Positions 60,061 to 64,000 of a stretch of 64,000 bases of DNA are shown piece after piece. A model generated the notes under the pieces. That model saw nothing but the letters and a program-made list of their open reading frames with translations. It was not told the DNA's origin and made no database searches. Origin of the DNA: the human T2T-CHM13v2.0 reference genome, Homo sapiens. The stretch is from the NCBI RefSeq assembly GCF_009914755.1, contig NC_060934.1. One strand, given 5' to 3'. Every line of letters starts with the position of its first letter. Position 1 is the stretch's first letter. The translations under genes were made by a program, and so were the position numbers.

Positions 60061-62372
60061 ATCAAGCCGCAGCTTCAGATACCGTTGGTCTTGTCTGACT
60101 TCCCCACTGGATCTGCAGGGCATCCCAGGGACAGATTCTCCATGAATGCAGTCACGTCTTAGTGCTGGGGTTATTCCTGTCTGCAGAGCTTGCCCCTGCT
60201 TGGTGCCCAGACATCATAAGGGGTAAGAAAGGACCCCTGAAGAAGTTTTGGGTGGGAAGATCCCCCAGGCTCCCTACCACAAGCTTTGGCCCCTGGTAAT
60301 TGCTGGGATGCTGTCCAGAGTATTTGGCCTGCTGGTTCATGAACCACAGGTGCTTGTTCAGGTTGAGTCCGGCAGCCCTTCTGCTCCTTGTAGGCTGGGT
60401 ACCCACTTTTCTCCAAGTATTTCTCTATCTCCTGCTGTGATTCCCTGCTAGGACTCTGTGTTCCTGGTGCCACCTCCTCAAGGACTAAGGATGGTGTGAG
60501 GCCCTTGAGATTCTTAAGTTTTTGCCTCCTTCATTCCTTTGTTCCCTCCCCAAGAGCTTAATACATTTTTTGGTGTGTGTCATCTAAAATTTTCAAGCCA
60601 TATACTTGTCCAAAAATAAGGCCTCCCAGAAGCATTAGACCATGAGGCAGTCATGGCCTTGGCCCCTGTGAAGATAGCCTGGATTGATGACTGAATAGAA
60701 GACACTTGATGAAAATGTTAAGACATTGAATAAATGCACACAGAGAATACCAAGGACCTCCCCTTTCCTCCTGAAAATAACCGGCTGCCTCTTTTCCTTC
60801 CCATTTGCAGGTCCCTGCAGCCCCACTGCTTAACCACATCTTTCAGCTTTCCCCGACCCTCCCCAAATAGATTTCATTTACATTTTGCCTAATTGCTCCA
60901 ATAGCTTTTGTGGCATTTTCCTTCTAGGAGCACTCAAAATGGACTCCCAGTCGGCAACCCTGCCCCCTAAAAATCAGCATCCAGGTAGAACAAGCCCCAG
61001 CCCCAGCTTCTGGAAGGAGTGAAGTCACAGGGTTAAAAGCCCAGACACTCCTTAAAAGCTTTGTGATGTCTTCACACTAAAAATGTGTATTTTTTAAGTG
61101 GTTAGTTGTATTTCTTTTTGAAAAAAATTAGTTCATCTAATTATAAAATAGGTAAAACATGTACATTTACAAAATTGAAAAGGTAGAAAGAGGTACACGG
61201 TGAAAAATGAAGTCTCTTTGCTCTCACCCCTGTCTGCAGACTCCCAAGCGCCCTCTCCAGAGGTACCACTGTCACCAGTTTGTGCCAGAGACAGTCGATG
61301 TGTGTGTAAGATTATATGTACATAGACTTTCTCTTTCCTAAAATTACAAGCAATAGCATACCACACAGTGTTTGCTTTTTCACTTAGAACTATTTCTTGG
61401 CAATTGTATCATACAAGGACATTTTGCTCTGCCTCATTAAAGGCTTCATACTACTCTACTCCATAGAGGTGCCAATGGATGGACATTTAAGATATTTTAA
61501 TAAGGTTTGGCTATTATAAATAAGACTGCAGTAAGTAAGAACCTCTCTGTTTCAATCGTTCTTCTCCAGACTCAGTCTCCTAGGGGTAATCTTTTAAATG
61601 TTTAAGAGAATGTAGACAAGGGAATGGTCTTCTTTGGTGCCTGCTGGGAAATTAGGACTCCTCTGTCTAGTACTGTGTCACCTTGGGAGAGTTGCTTATC
61701 ACATGGAGGTAAAGTGGGTAAACTCTCCTAAGAGGGGTCTGGATGAAAAGCAATAACACATTGGTTAAAATGCTTTAAGAAATTGAATGCATTTTACAGA
61801 TATAATAAGGTATGACTATAGACTAATGGGACAGATTTTACCAGAATCATATACTAGAACCAGCCACGTTGCTTTACATTGGATAGATGATACTCGGAAG
61901 ACAGTTCAGACTGACTTAGGAAAAAACCGGAAATTTATTCTCTTGTGTAGCATAGAAGCCCATGGAGTAGGGCTGTCTTTAGGTATGGCTGGATTCCAAT
62001 GCTCAGATGACGTCACTAGGATTCAATTTCTCTGTCTTTGGCTCTGCCTTTACATGTATTGACTCCATTTTCATATGTACCCCCTTGTGTGGAGAGGATG
62101 GTCATAGCAGCCCAAGTGTCATGTCCTCCCTGGTGTTACTGGCTGCAGTTGAGTCTCCTCGACTCTTATTGACCAGAATTAGGTCAAGTGGCTGTCCCTC
62201 AATCAATCAGAGAATGTGGTCATCTGGTTGTGCCAGCCTCGGCATAATGCCTTTTCTAAGACTCAGCGCAGAGTCAACTCCACTGGAATCCAATGAACTA
62301 AGGGGGAAAGAGTGGTATCTGAACAAACACCCAGTGCTCTCGGGCTTTACAGGGATGGACGCTGGGCTCTTT

Positions 62373-62757
62373 TCTTTATCTGTTTGTGTTGCTATAAAGG
62401 AATACCCGAAGCTGGGTAATTTATAAAGAAAAGAGGTTTAATTGGATCATGGTTGTGCAGGCTGCAAGGAGCATGGCATTGATATCTGCTTCTGGTGAGC
62501 TTCAGGAAGCTTCCACTCATGGCAGAAGGTGAAAGAGAACAGGCATCACATGGTGAGAGAGAAGGAAAGAGAGAGGAGAGGGGTGCCAGCTCTTGAGTGA
62601 ACTAACAGAATGAGAACCCAATTACCACAGGGAAGGCATCAAGCCTTTCATGAGAGATCCTCCCCCATGACCCAAACACCTGCCACCAGCCCTACTGCCA
62701 ACTTCGAGGATCAAATTTCAACATGAGATTTGAGGGGAGAGATATTCAAACTATATC
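62373..62757 (-). mobile_element. MST-family MaLR LTR
   Basis: gttgctataaaggaatacccgaagctgggtaatttataaagaaaagaggtttaattgg...caacatgagatttg...caaactatatc. Confidence 0.85.
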
Positions 62758-64000
62758 GGCCATCAGGAAGCCACAAATATTCACTACCTTTTGGGGATTT
62801 GCTGTTCACAAGCCTGTCATTTCAAAATTCTGGCTCAGACAGCTGAATTCCTTTCAAGGAATAGCTCTGCATTAGGTTTTAGGAGGTAGTGGAAATAAGC
62901 AATTAAAGGCATGCATGTGGCAAAAGAAGTGTTTACATGTTGAAATAGCCTTTAAAAATATTTCTTCCTTTATAAGATAGAAGAAGACTTCCTCCTGTCA
63001 AGTAAAGACGTTTGCCCTACAAAGGTCTGGCAAAACAAATTTAGTTCTTCATCTGCATTGCAGGAAAAACAAAACCACGAAGGCTGGCATGTTCCTTCTG
63101 CACAACTGGGAAGACATTAGGTGCTGGAAACCCCCAACACATTTAAGGACATTTAAATCTACAAAGAGGGAAGAAAATAATTGTTTTGGCCAAATACATG
63201 ATGGTTATTAAGATAAGCTCAGCCATGTTTTTTTCAGTTACACAGGGAAGGTGGAGGAGGTCCCTAAAAATCTCCCTACCTCAAGCTTTGAAAGAGACAA
63301 CAATGGAATGCAAATGACCCAAAATTACGCTAGGAAATTCATGTTGAAATAACCTATGAGGGTGTCAGCCCTCTAATCTTATTTTCTTGGTTTCGGTATC
63401 TGCTTCCATTCCTTTCTGCATCTTCCTTCTGTTTATTTCCCCAACTCCATCCTACCCTCAAGTCTCACGTCATGGGAGCTTGCCAGTCTCACTGAGCACA
63501 GGGAACCAGCAGTGCTTGTAGCCGGCAGACAGGCCTTCCTGAGTGGGGAATGGCTGTGGGGGGCCCTGTTTCCATTTCACCATTCATGTTAATCAGCAGT
63601 TACTATCTTGTCCTCAACTCTGCTTTTGGGGAGAGTGGAGTGACTCCTGGGGACAGGTGAGTTACAGGAGGCAAGCTGGAGGAACCACAAGGAACATGGG
63701 TAGAGAGCTGTCCATCTGACAGCCAAAGGGGCCTGCTCTCTCTCGCATTCTCTCTCTTTCACTCTCTCACTCTCTCTATTGCAGGAGGGGAAAGGGAGAG
63801 CTTTATTCTCTATGAAGAACAGTCTGCAGACTGGGGAGACAAAGCCTTTAGTATAAGTGAAAGTGTGCTCTCCACAGAGGGGCTCTTTTGACTCTTTTTC
63901 TGGCTCTGTGGCCAAGGAGCTCCCAGCTCTCCCCGTTCCCCCAAAACTCTTTGTTTCCAGGCAACTTGTTCCCCTGCAGTCAGGGACCCAAAACTGTTGG

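Noticed and set aside
58908-63315. Isolated octamer (58908, 63308) and CRE (62008-62015) motifs
   Set aside because: Single 8-mers at near-chance frequency; no snRNA-type promoter or RNA gene recognised nearby.

Overview
Hominoid primate (human-like) genomic DNA from the MXI1-SMNDC1 locus; the exact species cannot be fixed from sequence alone. The window holds the last coding exon and ~2.4 kb 3'UTR of MXI1 (+ strand, 2688-~5230). It also holds the complete convergent SMNDC1/SPF30 gene (- strand, ~10910-~22860): five coding exons of 120+143+162+154+138 = 717 nt give 238 aa with a Tudor domain, driven by a CpG-island promoter. The remaining ~41 kb has no recognisable gene and is dominated by Alu, L1, L2, MIR, hAT and LTR elements, including solo LTR12, LTR14A-like and LTR1/MER52-group LTRs. 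Almost all other ORFs in the track are repeat-derived noise. I found no convincing new gene system. The best leads are splicing-regulatory: a candidate poison exon in SMNDC1 intron 2 and AG|GT re-splicing sites in its last exon. Other leads are a bidirectional polyA signal, a local duplication with a homogenised core, and several atypical retroposon insertions. Repeat subfamily names are from recognition by eye and need RepeatMasker/Dfam confirmation.
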